Of a stretch of 64,000 bases of DNA, positions 29,049-37,605 are shown piece after piece. The DNA comes from Fidelibacterota bacterium (lineage in GTDB: Bacteria; Fidelibacterota; Marinisomatia; Marinisomatales; JABMOV01), in assembly GCA_046861395.1 (NCBI GenBank), contig JBHHUC010000003.1:6381-70380 (forward strand). Direction: 5' to 3'. Each line of letters opens with the position of its first letter. Position 1 is the stretch's first letter. A program made the translations under genes and the position numbers. The notes below the pieces were generated by a model. The model made no database searches. It was not told the origin of the DNA and worked only from the letters and a program-made list of their open reading frames with translations.

Positions 29049-30191
29049 CTATAAACACAATTTACCAAGAATGACCTGGGCACCTGCTCCTGTCACGGTA
29101 GGCAGATTCGCCGGGATGCCTTTCACAAAGGCCGCGGCCAGAAGAGCAAAGACAAAAGCTTCCTTGCCATCAATATCAATATTGAAATCCGACGAGAACG
29201 ATATACCGCTTTCTCCCACTCGTTGCTTCAGCCCGGCAATGACGGCCGAATGATGAGCGCCTCCTCCGCTGATAATCAGACGATATTCCGCATCCTTTAT
29301 GAACCGGCGGCAACCAATGATAATTGTTTCCGCCGTAAAGGCCGCCAGCGTGGACAGACAATCGGGGACGGACAACGACATCAATTCCGGCCAATGGGAT
29401 TCAATCCAGGATTCGCCATACCGGTCACGTCCAGTGGATTTAGGCGGGTCCTTCTGAATAAATTCATCTTCCTGGATCCATTGCTCGACCAATTCCATCT
29501 TCGGAGTCCCCAGGCCGGCCGTTCTTCCCTTTTCATCCACACCACTTCGTCCCAAACGTTGCCACGCCTCATCCAATAACGCCATTCCGGGTCCCGTATC
29601 GCATCCTGTCGTTTCCCTCTGATCTTTCCAGAGTACGGTAATATTGCTGATTCCCCCAATATTCACACAGATTCTGTTTTCGGTTGGCGTAAAGAATACG
29701 CGTTGATCGATCCAGGGAACCAGCGGTGCGCCGCAACCGCCGGCTGCAATATCATTGGAACGGAAATCATGAATCACCGGAACCTCAAATGTCCGTGCCA
29801 GATAGGAGACTTCACCAATTTGCAACGATGCAATGCCATGCTCATGATAAATGGTCTGACCGTGGGATCCGATTAAATCAAGTTCTGTTCTTTCCGCCGG
29901 ACTCAGTTGTTCGCGAACCGTTGCGGCGACCCAGCGACCCAACCGATGGTGTAATTCGCCTACCGAATCATTCGGGCCGCGGACGGCAGCAACGATGGCA
30001 TTTTTTAGAGATGAGGGATACGGAACGGTTTTCGACCAGTGAATGGAATAATGCAAGGTGGCCGGAGTCAGAGAAAGGATGCAATAGCATAAATCAAGGC
30101 CATCCATGGATGTCCCTGACATCAATCCCAGGGTCGTAATTTTGTCCTGACAATTTAACCTGGCCAGGATGGTGTCCGGTGATTCAACCAT
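29049..30191 (-). CDS. anmK: anhydro-N-acetylmuramic acid kinase
   Basis: 380 aa with GLMSGTSMDGLD near the N-terminus and ISGGGAHH near the C-terminus, typical of AnmK. Confidence 0.85.
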   Translation of the reverse strand: MVESPDTILARLNCQDKITTLGLMSGTSMDGLDLCYCILSLTPATLHYSIHWSKTVPYPSSLKNAIVAAVRGPNDSVGELHHRLGRWVAATVREQLSPAERTELDLIGSHGQTIYHEHGIASLQIGEVSYLARTFEVPVIHDFRSNDIAAGGCGAPLVPWIDQRVFFTPTENRICVNIGGISNITVLWKDQRETTGCDTGPGMALLDEAWQRLGRSGVDEKGRTAGLGTPKMELVEQWIQEDEFIQKDPPKSTGRDRYGESWIESHWPELMSLSVPDCLSTLAAFTAETIIIGCRRFIKDAEYRLIISGGGAHHSAVIAGLKQRVGESGISFSSDFNIDIDGKEAFVFALLAAAFVKGIPANLPTVTGAGAQVILGKLCL

Positions 30192-30227
30192 TCTGGTCCA
30201 CCGGGAAAAGAGTAATAGTTCCGTTGA

Positions 30228-31271
30228 TTAAAGTTTGAATCCCAGAGATACGCGCTGGACGCCTTTCAGACGCTGAAAGTCGGTGTAGGAATAATCGATT
30301 TTTATCACGGTAGCCGATCCCCAGATCCGATAATTAATGCCAAGACCATAGGACAATCCTTCTTCGGCAGTATCGCGGAACAGATTGGCATAACCTGTGC
30401 GGAGGAAGAACATATTGTTTAATGCCAATTCTACACCGGCATTAACGGCTTCGGTATTATCATTGGGATGGATCGCGTCCAGGGCGAAACTCAAGCGGGT
30501 AACATCGGTATTAATCAATTCGCTGGACACGCCAACACGAAACATCAGCGGTAAGGGAAAGCGGTCCGTTTTATACCGTGCATCAACGTACTCTACTGTT
30601 CCCAGGTTGTCGGGATCGGGGTCGATGCTGATATCCAAGTCCCGCCCATCCAGTCTCATGCCGCCGCCATAGTTGGAAATACTGGCTCCCAGCCGGGTAT
30701 CTCCAAACGGTGTGATAAAGAGTATTCCCAGATCACCGGCCACAGTGGTGGCTTTCGAATGCCAGATATTTTCATGAATCATTTTTACCGTACCACCAAG
30801 CGAAAAATGATCAGTCAGCTTCCTGGCATATGTCAGATTCAATGCCAACCCGCCGGCTTCCCAGTATTCGCCGGTACCTTCCGGATTTTCGACGGTTCGA
30901 ACGATATCTCGGGGAACACTCAGACTGTTAACGGAGAGACCCAACACACCGAAACGTCCCGTATTAATGGTGGCGGCAGCAAAGTTCACATCCGTATTGA
31001 CCAACCAGGCATTGTTGACTACGACCAGATGAAGTCCTTGCAGGCCGGCGATTCCAGCCGGATTCCAAAAGATTGAGCCAATATCACCGGACATGGCTAC
31101 GAAGGCATTTCCCATTGATGATCCTCTTGCATCGGCTCCGATTTTCAGAAATGAAGCTGCCGTAGTCCCGGTCTTGGTAATGGTTTCCGTAATGGACTGA
31201 GCTTGAAGGCCGATCCAACATAATCCGATTAATAATATTGTTATTTTTATATTTTGTGTGAATTTCATCAT
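30228..31271 (-). CDS. PorV/PorQ-family (FadL-like) outer-membrane beta-barrel protein
   Basis: 347 aa with a signal peptide. TGTTAASFLKIGADARGSSMGNAFVAMSGDIGSIFWNPAGIA matches the conserved N-terminal PorV/PorQ pattern. Alternating beta-strand sequence, ending ...SLGFKL. 4-nt overlap with the upstream partner gene. Confidence 0.65.
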   Translation of the reverse strand: MMKFTQNIKITILLIGLCWIGLQAQSITETITKTGTTAASFLKIGADARGSSMGNAFVAMSGDIGSIFWNPAGIAGLQGLHLVVVNNAWLVNTDVNFAAATINTGRFGVLGLSVNSLSVPRDIVRTVENPEGTGEYWEAGGLALNLTYARKLTDHFSLGGTVKMIHENIWHSKATTVAGDLGILFITPFGDTRLGASISNYGGGMRLDGRDLDISIDPDPDNLGTVEYVDARYKTDRFPLPLMFRVGVSSELINTDVTRLSFALDAIHPNDNTEAVNAGVELALNNMFFLRTGYANLFRDTAEEGLSYGLGINYRIWGSATVIKIDYSYTDFQRLKGVQRVSLGFKL

Positions 31272-34200
31272 TTTATCACCCCAAACCGTCCGATTTTTTC
31301 CCCCAATTCCCCGGCATCCACGTGATACAGGTAGACACCGTAGGCGATGGGGAAGTTATCTTTTGTCGTCAAATCCCAATATTCCTTGCCGTCATCTATG
31401 GCGGAATGATGTTCCAATGTTTCCACCAATTCTCCGCTCAGGGTATAAATTCTGATAGTACAATCCTCAGGCAAGTGATTGAAGTACAACCGGCGCTGCC
31501 CCCGGTCAATCCGGTTTTGCAAATCAGGTTTTTCAATAACATTCGTCACGACATAGGGATTGGGAACGACGGAAATGTTATCCAGCTCCCTTCTTGCCTT
31601 ACTGTTGTCCACAAAGGAGGCGGCCGTGGTAAATGTAAATTTATCTTCGGACGTAAACGGACGGGTGGTGGCAATGTAATACACATCACCAGCACCTGGC
31701 AGTATCGTATCACCAGAAGCAGGATAATTCATTGTGAATTCCCAGCTGGAGGTGGATGTTTCATCACCCTGAAGTATAATGACCCGTTCTCCGGGATTCC
31801 ATAAACTGTCGGCCGACCCCAATTCCAAGACAATCATTTTCCGTTTTTCAGGAACCATCCCCTCTGATACTTCCCATATTTCGAAATTGGTTTTAATATA
31901 TCCCTGACTGGGTCGTGAACTACTGTCAACCAGGGTGTCAAAAAACCGTACTTCATAGTCTGCGGGATATTTTTTATTCTCCACATTATTAAAGGGTTTA
32001 ACCGTGACCACCAGGTTGGCATCGCTGGTTGACGTCCATCCCATCCGGGATGTATCCAGGGCTAGGATTTCGTCATGTACGAAGATTTTCATTCCGTCAA
32101 TCAATGGATTGGACTCTTCATTGTTCAACAAGGTGCTGGCATAAACGCCATAATATTGATATGTAGCATAATAGGTCCCCAAATGAGTCAATGTTGAATC
32201 ACCCAGGATTTTCCCCGCTTCGGCATTCAGGGTATAGGCAGTATCTATATTGCCGTCAGCATCACGCAGGACAAAAGTGCTATCAACAATATGAGTATTG
32301 GGCAGCTGCACATACTGCCCATGACGAATGGTGACTTCCGTTTCAATCGGTTTCATATCACGGATGTAATATGCAGTTGGATTTTCAGTGAATGAGATTT
32401 CGAATTCATTATCATCCTCTATTTTTCGTGGATCGACGATTTCCATGACAATGTCACCGGTTCCTACGCCGCCGGTATGCAGTATGGCATCATTTACGAT
32501 GGATCCGGTTACGAATCCGGCAGCCGGTGAGCGTGATGTCACTTTAACTGTATTCACATCAAACAGGGTCTCATTCCGTTCCGGATCCACAGTAATCCTT
32601 TTCGAGCATTCCACCGGAGCTATTTTCAGAGAATCATCGCCATGGTCATACGAAACAACGGCATAATAATATTCCTGTCCGTTAATGACATTATTCGAAT
32701 CCACGAATGTATGACGTATTCCGGTGTTATTCCCCAAATTGTAAAATACACCACGGCCGGTGTACGGTACGGTACTCAGTCCGGAATATTCATTGTCCAA
32801 ATCGAACCTGGCCGGGGCACCGGTGGCCATCGTCAGCGGTTCAAACAAGAACCGGGAACCGTTGGCATCCGTAATGGTCTGTTGATCCAGAAACTGGGGA
32901 TCTGTACTGCGATAAATCACGTATCCTTCGAAATCATATTTCTCCGTCAGAGGATCCAGCGATGATTCCGCCACATCATCCCAATATAGCATGACTTTTT
33001 CATCTCCTGGAACGGCCACGACATTCGGTTTTTCCGGTGGTTTGGCAAATTCATAATTCCGTTCGTAAATCTCCTGCGCCGTCAGGGCATTCAGGGTCAA
33101 ATCTTCGAAAGATTGTCCCACCAGCAAAGCAATGGAAAAGCGACGGGCTTCACCAGCCGGAAAATCAAATGGTCCGGAACTGTAAAGGAAAATATAATCC
33201 CCCGGAGTGTTGGAATTGGAAGTATCAAATTCCCCTGGGGTGAGAAAGTTGGTATAAAAATAATCATCATTGCGGGCGGCATTCTGAGCCAGGAAAGGCG
33301 GAGCCTTAAATCCGGTGAGTCCCACCATATCCGCTTCATCCAAATCGGTCCATTCAAAATTCGGTTCACCAGGAATTCTGATATCGAACGGATCGCCGGC
33401 CGTGGGCATACCGTCCCCTTCACCGGCATCTCCTGTATTGGGCAGGCCGTCCAGCCCCACATCATCTTTATCTATATCCCAATCGCTATCGTTGTCAATT
33501 CCATCACTGCGACTTTCATCTATCATACCGTCATTGTCATTGTCAATGCCGTCATGTGGGTCACCGGGGCTTTCCAGAAATTTATACCCGAAATATCCGG
33601 GAGTTTTCCCGGCCACATCGCTCAGCCCGTCGGCATCCCAAGCATAGACCATGTTGATATCACGGTCAAAAAATGATAGATCGTCGGCCCAGTCCGAAGG
33701 TCCTCCGATATGCGGGTCGCCCCACATCCCGAAGATAACATTCTTGAGTTCTTTTTCACTTTTATTGGTCACCTTATAGATCAGAAATATAATGTCCTCT
33801 GCCAGAGGATTGGACCACTGGTAATAGCGACATTCAATTTCCACGCCCAGACCCAGGCGGGATGAATCGGACGGAAAGGGATAATATTCAAATTCCCGGT
33901 TATTCCGGTCGTCAATGACGAAAAAGGCTTCCAGATCGGCGTTTGATGACCCTTGGCGCAATGCTCCGGGCCATTGGTATTCCTGTAAATTCGGATTATA
34001 CCACCCGGCCGGCCAGCTGTCCGGTTTTCCATCCCCGTCCCGGTCCACATCACCGGACGTGGGTAAATGATCGCTATTGGGATCCGCATAGGGAACACCG
34101 AGATCACTATGGGCCAACGGGTCCCAACCCCAGAATTCGGTATTGTCGGGAGAAACTTCCGGATAAGATACAAGACCTTCACTGATTACCCTGGCAACCC

Positions 34201-34675
34201 AGACGGTATCGCCCTCAGCCGTGACAACAGGATTCCCATTTTCATCCAGTTTAATAAAGGCATCCTGATGGCTATGGGGTGCGACTTCGACCTCGGCAGC
34301 CACGATTGGTCCGAATTCATAGCCATAGCCCAGGCCTTCCCATACAATATCGGTGATTCGATTGCCGGGACTTGAAATGGAACCATAATTCCAGATTTCC
34401 GATGTAATCTTATTTCCGTTGATAATGGCCCATTGACGACGAAGGGTTTGACTATCCTCCAGCGTTCTGCCCAATTTCAATGACAACTGTTCCAGCCAGG
34501 ACATATATCGGTCATAATCCCGATCCGACCATTCTTTATTCACTCCCTGAGCATAATATTCCGGACTACCTTTGTGAATTCGTTTATTCTTCGCGCTGAG
34601 CGGCCCGGACATTATAGTCGCAATAAACCCGATCAGGACTAGAACGCAGATAATATTTACACTTTTTTTCATCAT
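31268..34675 (-). CDS. large secreted TBDR-partner protein (uncharacterised family) with Asp-rich Ca-binding repeats, FN3-like segment and divergent T9SS-like C-terminal domain
   Basis: 1135 aa with a type I signal peptide. Shares core (LGVEIECRYYQWSNP...IYKVTNKS), FN3-like (GYVIYRS...YYYAVVSYD) and tail (VVPNPY...CTIRIYTLSGELV...GVYLYHV...GRFGVIK) segments with 49956..52088 and 58003..60048. Confidence 0.6.
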   Translation of the reverse strand: MMKKSVNIICVLVLIGFIATIMSGPLSAKNKRIHKGSPEYYAQGVNKEWSDRDYDRYMSWLEQLSLKLGRTLEDSQTLRRQWAIINGNKITSEIWNYGSISSPGNRITDIVWEGLGYGYEFGPIVAAEVEVAPHSHQDAFIKLDENGNPVVTAEGDTVWVARVISEGLVSYPEVSPDNTEFWGWDPLAHSDLGVPYADPNSDHLPTSGDVDRDGDGKPDSWPAGWYNPNLQEYQWPGALRQGSSNADLEAFFVIDDRNNREFEYYPFPSDSSRLGLGVEIECRYYQWSNPLAEDIIFLIYKVTNKSEKELKNVIFGMWGDPHIGGPSDWADDLSFFDRDINMVYAWDADGLSDVAGKTPGYFGYKFLESPGDPHDGIDNDNDGMIDESRSDGIDNDSDWDIDKDDVGLDGLPNTGDAGEGDGMPTAGDPFDIRIPGEPNFEWTDLDEADMVGLTGFKAPPFLAQNAARNDDYFYTNFLTPGEFDTSNSNTPGDYIFLYSSGPFDFPAGEARRFSIALLVGQSFEDLTLNALTAQEIYERNYEFAKPPEKPNVVAVPGDEKVMLYWDDVAESSLDPLTEKYDFEGYVIYRSTDPQFLDQQTITDANGSRFLFEPLTMATGAPARFDLDNEYSGLSTVPYTGRGVFYNLGNNTGIRHTFVDSNNVINGQEYYYAVVSYDHGDDSLKIAPVECSKRITVDPERNETLFDVNTVKVTSRSPAAGFVTGSIVNDAILHTGGVGTGDIVMEIVDPRKIEDDNEFEISFTENPTAYYIRDMKPIETEVTIRHGQYVQLPNTHIVDSTFVLRDADGNIDTAYTLNAEAGKILGDSTLTHLGTYYATYQYYGVYASTLLNNEESNPLIDGMKIFVHDEILALDTSRMGWTSTSDANLVVTVKPFNNVENKKYPADYEVRFFDTLVDSSSRPSQGYIKTNFEIWEVSEGMVPEKRKMIVLELGSADSLWNPGERVIILQGDETSTSSWEFTMNYPASGDTILPGAGDVYYIATTRPFTSEDKFTFTTAASFVDNSKARRELDNISVVPNPYVVTNVIEKPDLQNRIDRGQRRLYFNHLPEDCTIRIYTLSGELVETLEHHSAIDDGKEYWDLTTKDNFPIAYGVYLYHVDAGELGEKIGRFGVIK

Positions 34676-34693
34676 AAAATCTTTATCTCCAAT

Positions 34694-37474
34694 TTAAAAA
34701 TTCATTGCAATGCCCAAGGTAACCAGGCGGGGAGAGCGATAGAAATTCGGTCTGGTCTGGTATTCTTTCCAGGTATGAATACCCGGCTCCCCATAATGGT
34801 TCTTGAAAGCATCGGTTTCCTGTTGGGACTGATTGACAAAGGTATATCCGGCTCGACCCGTATCGTTAAACACGTAACGCTCATTGCGCCGGTCGAACAG
34901 ATTATATATTTTGGCGAAGATGCTGTAGTGTATGCCAATTATCTTCAGTGATTTATTCATAAGCAGGTCAACGGATTGCTGCCAAGGTTTGCGGCCGCTA
35001 TTTGGATCAGGGTTGATGTTCTGCAGTTCCGTATATTTCGGATAATCCGGTGTATAGGGCCATCCGCTGGATAGTTTGGTAATTATGCTGACGCTCCAGT
35101 TATTCGGTTCACTGAACGTCGTAGTAGCATTAATAATGTGGGACTGGTCCCAACTAAGCGGTACAATGTTTTTTTCTTCTTCTATCCCGGAAATCGCATT
35201 CAGGAAAAAGGACCCACTTTCCACTGCATTACCGTCCGTGACCTGATACGTGTAATCGAGAAAAGCTGAGAGTTTCGTCACGGGGTCCCGGGCTTTTGTG
35301 AGGCTGAAAGTAAATCCTTTTACTGTGCCATAATCCTTGTTCAGATAAATACTGTATGATTGGGGACCTGACGGGCCTTTGTATTTAATTGTCTGCGATG
35401 CCAATAAATCGCGAATATCCTTGTAAAAAATATTTGTTTCAATGGCCAGGGTCGGAGTGAGTTGCTGCTGCAAACCGAATTCATAGGTAACAGTTTTTTC
35501 CGGGTTCAGATCAGCATAGCCGAGCAGCGGTGATCCTGATACACCAATGATGGGTTCCCGGAAAAGATAGCGAAGCGTGGGCATTTGATAGAAATGGCCA
35601 TAGGAAAAATGGAAGATACCCTGATCGGTAATGGGTAATGCCACCCCAATCCGCGGTGACCACATTTGTTTCGGTTTCGCTATTTTCCTTTCTCCGCTGG
35701 GATTCAAAAGATCCGCAATGTATTCCGCATTCGGATCGAATGAATCATAGCGCAATCCAATGTTCATGATGAAGTTCTGATATTCCAGCTTATCCTGCAC
35801 GTACCCGGAAATAAACTTGGCTGTCTTGTTATAATGGCTGTGGCTGGAGGTCGAATTTTCCGGAAGAATGGTCGGGATACGATACTTTACACCATCGAAC
35901 AGGATTGTGAAAATGCGTTCATCCAATTCGTCGATCCGATAGCTCAAACCAGACTTCAATTCATGTCGGGGATTAATCTGACTGGTAATATCGAACTTTC
36001 CCCCCTTTGACAGGGAACTGCGGTAACTATGGGTACGCTCCGTCCCACCGAAATTGAAAGTAGCTGAACTGGGTTGTCCAAATATCCTCAGTGATTCATA
36101 ATAACCGTGGTTGTACAATTCATATTGTTCCCTACCCAAAGAATCAAGCGTCGCCACGATGTAGAATCCGGTACGATCCGGATCAACGCTGGAATATGCC
36201 TTATCAAGATCAATAGGGTCCGAGTAATAATGTTTGTAATCCGTGTTACCGGAAAATACATTTAATTCGTAAAAGGTTTTGGCACTGAGAGCGTGATTGA
36301 ATTTCAGAGAATAATTATTGTTGTTTGATTCCTGATCACCTACGCCGTCAGGATTGTATTTATAGCTGTGGATATAACTCTTGTAATTACTTCTCCCATG
36401 TAAATATTGTCCGGATATTTTAATCATGGGAGAAATTTTATAGGTAAGCTTAAAGAGGATATCCGACCCTTGCGATGTATTCATGGGAACGATGCTGGAA
36501 TCCCCGCCCATCTGATATTCATATTCACCGGAAATGGGGAAATAGGCCCAATCACCGGGCGTATGCTCCCGGACTCCATAATAATACCCCTGATTGTCCC
36601 GGTATTTTCCGGTCAGATTGAAGGTGATGCGGCGACCTAAATTTATCACGGGAACAGGTCCATTCAACGTACCTTCAATAACATATCGGGCAGTGGGATT
36701 GACATCATCAATATTTAGATAAATATCCGTATCATTGGATATATAATCACCAGAATAGGCCGTCAGATTGCCATGATATTGTTTCCCACCTTCTTTGATC
36801 TGCAGGTTGACAACACCGCTCATGGCATTTCCGTATTCGGCATTGAACGCCCCGCTGATAACTTTCATTTCTTCGAGAGCCTGGTTGGATACATTAATCG
36901 CCAGACTATTGGTAAAAAATGGATTGGAGACGGAAACACCATCAATATAATACGCAACTTCATTATCGCGTCCACCACGGATATGCAAGGCACCATTGGC
37001 CCCCACATTCACGCCGGCCTGTGTTGTGAGTACCCCCAAGAAATTTTCCACGGGCATGGCCTTGATTTCTTCCGCCGTGGTTGTTTTTTGTGAAGCAGTC
37101 AAATCTTTCTGAATCATGGGGCGCTCCGCCACAACCGTTACTTCCTGGCCCTCCAGGACTTCAGGGGTCAGAGCAAAGTTTTGAATGGTTGTCTGATCCA
37201 GACTCACACGAATATCGGTTACTTTTATTGTGGTATAACCGATATAGGTAGCTTTAACGTTATACGTCCCGGATGGTATGTTCAGAATGGTATAATTCCC
37301 ATTTGCATCGGAGGCCGTTCCTACGGATAAATCTTCCACCAGGATATTTACACCGATTAGCGGATCATTCGTTTCAGCATCGATAACCCGGCCTGAAATC
37401 TTTCCTCCACCGGCATAACTCACGGTCATTCCCATAACCAGCATTAAGAAGGGTAACCATTGTGTTTTTCTCAT
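34694..37474 (-). CDS. TonB-dependent receptor with N-terminal carboxypeptidase-regulatory-like domain
   Basis: 926 aa. GKISGRVIDAETNDPLIGVNILVE...GNYTILNIPSGTYNVKATYIGY (CarboxypepD_reg-like). Plug motifs LHIRGGRDNEVAYYIDGVSV and SGAFNAEYGNAMSGVVNL. Long beta-barrel ending in F. Confidence 0.85.
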   Translation of the reverse strand: MRKTQWLPFLMLVMGMTVSYAGGGKISGRVIDAETNDPLIGVNILVEDLSVGTASDANGNYTILNIPSGTYNVKATYIGYTTIKVTDIRVSLDQTTIQNFALTPEVLEGQEVTVVAERPMIQKDLTASQKTTTAEEIKAMPVENFLGVLTTQAGVNVGANGALHIRGGRDNEVAYYIDGVSVSNPFFTNSLAINVSNQALEEMKVISGAFNAEYGNAMSGVVNLQIKEGGKQYHGNLTAYSGDYISNDTDIYLNIDDVNPTARYVIEGTLNGPVPVINLGRRITFNLTGKYRDNQGYYYGVREHTPGDWAYFPISGEYEYQMGGDSSIVPMNTSQGSDILFKLTYKISPMIKISGQYLHGRSNYKSYIHSYKYNPDGVGDQESNNNNYSLKFNHALSAKTFYELNVFSGNTDYKHYYSDPIDLDKAYSSVDPDRTGFYIVATLDSLGREQYELYNHGYYESLRIFGQPSSATFNFGGTERTHSYRSSLSKGGKFDITSQINPRHELKSGLSYRIDELDERIFTILFDGVKYRIPTILPENSTSSHSHYNKTAKFISGYVQDKLEYQNFIMNIGLRYDSFDPNAEYIADLLNPSGERKIAKPKQMWSPRIGVALPITDQGIFHFSYGHFYQMPTLRYLFREPIIGVSGSPLLGYADLNPEKTVTYEFGLQQQLTPTLAIETNIFYKDIRDLLASQTIKYKGPSGPQSYSIYLNKDYGTVKGFTFSLTKARDPVTKLSAFLDYTYQVTDGNAVESGSFFLNAISGIEEEKNIVPLSWDQSHIINATTTFSEPNNWSVSIITKLSSGWPYTPDYPKYTELQNINPDPNSGRKPWQQSVDLLMNKSLKIIGIHYSIFAKIYNLFDRRNERYVFNDTGRAGYTFVNQSQQETDAFKNHYGEPGIHTWKEYQTRPNFYRSPRLVTLGIAMNF

Positions 37475-37563
37475 AACTTAGCTCTTTGTTGACTTTTTAA
37501 TTGTCGCCATATATCAGTTTTGGTTGTACGAATCCCAACGTAAAGATGACGGGAGTAAGAGGA

Positions 37564-37594
37564 AGAAGCGCCACCCGGGGCGGGCGGCGCTTCT
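37564..37594 (-). terminator. GC-rich hairpin (probable terminator) downstream of the FG-GAP gene
   Basis: AGAAGCGCC (37564-37572) pairs with GGCGCTTCT (37586-37594), and an inner CCCG/CGGG pairing extends the stem. Lies 11 nt after the stop at 37606. On the minus strand the trailing tract is only U/C-rich (UUCCUCUU), so it is not a textbook U-run. Confidence 0.5.
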
Positions 37595-37605
37595 AATTAA
37601 TGTTC

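Noticed and set aside
33113-33676. 187-aa and 110-aa plus-strand ORFs inside the 1135-aa partner gene
   Set aside because: They are antisense to the Asp-rich repeat region (GAY codons read on the opposite strand as Ile/Val/Ser-rich strings). There is no RBS or motif support.
31268-34675. Calling the TBDR-adjacent proteins SusD/RagB homologues
   Set aside because: They have no lipobox Cys after the signal peptide and no SusD-like helical sequence pattern. Instead they have an FN3-like segment and a beta-sandwich tail, so only the genomic position is analogous.
37475-37605. Plus-strand TTGACT...TATAT promoter-like match in the intergenic region upstream of TBDR 34694..37474
   Set aside because: It points into the 3' end of the minus-strand FG-GAP gene, where there is no plus-strand gene. 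FCB-group promoters also differ from the sigma-70 consensus. I could not support any promoter call by eye.
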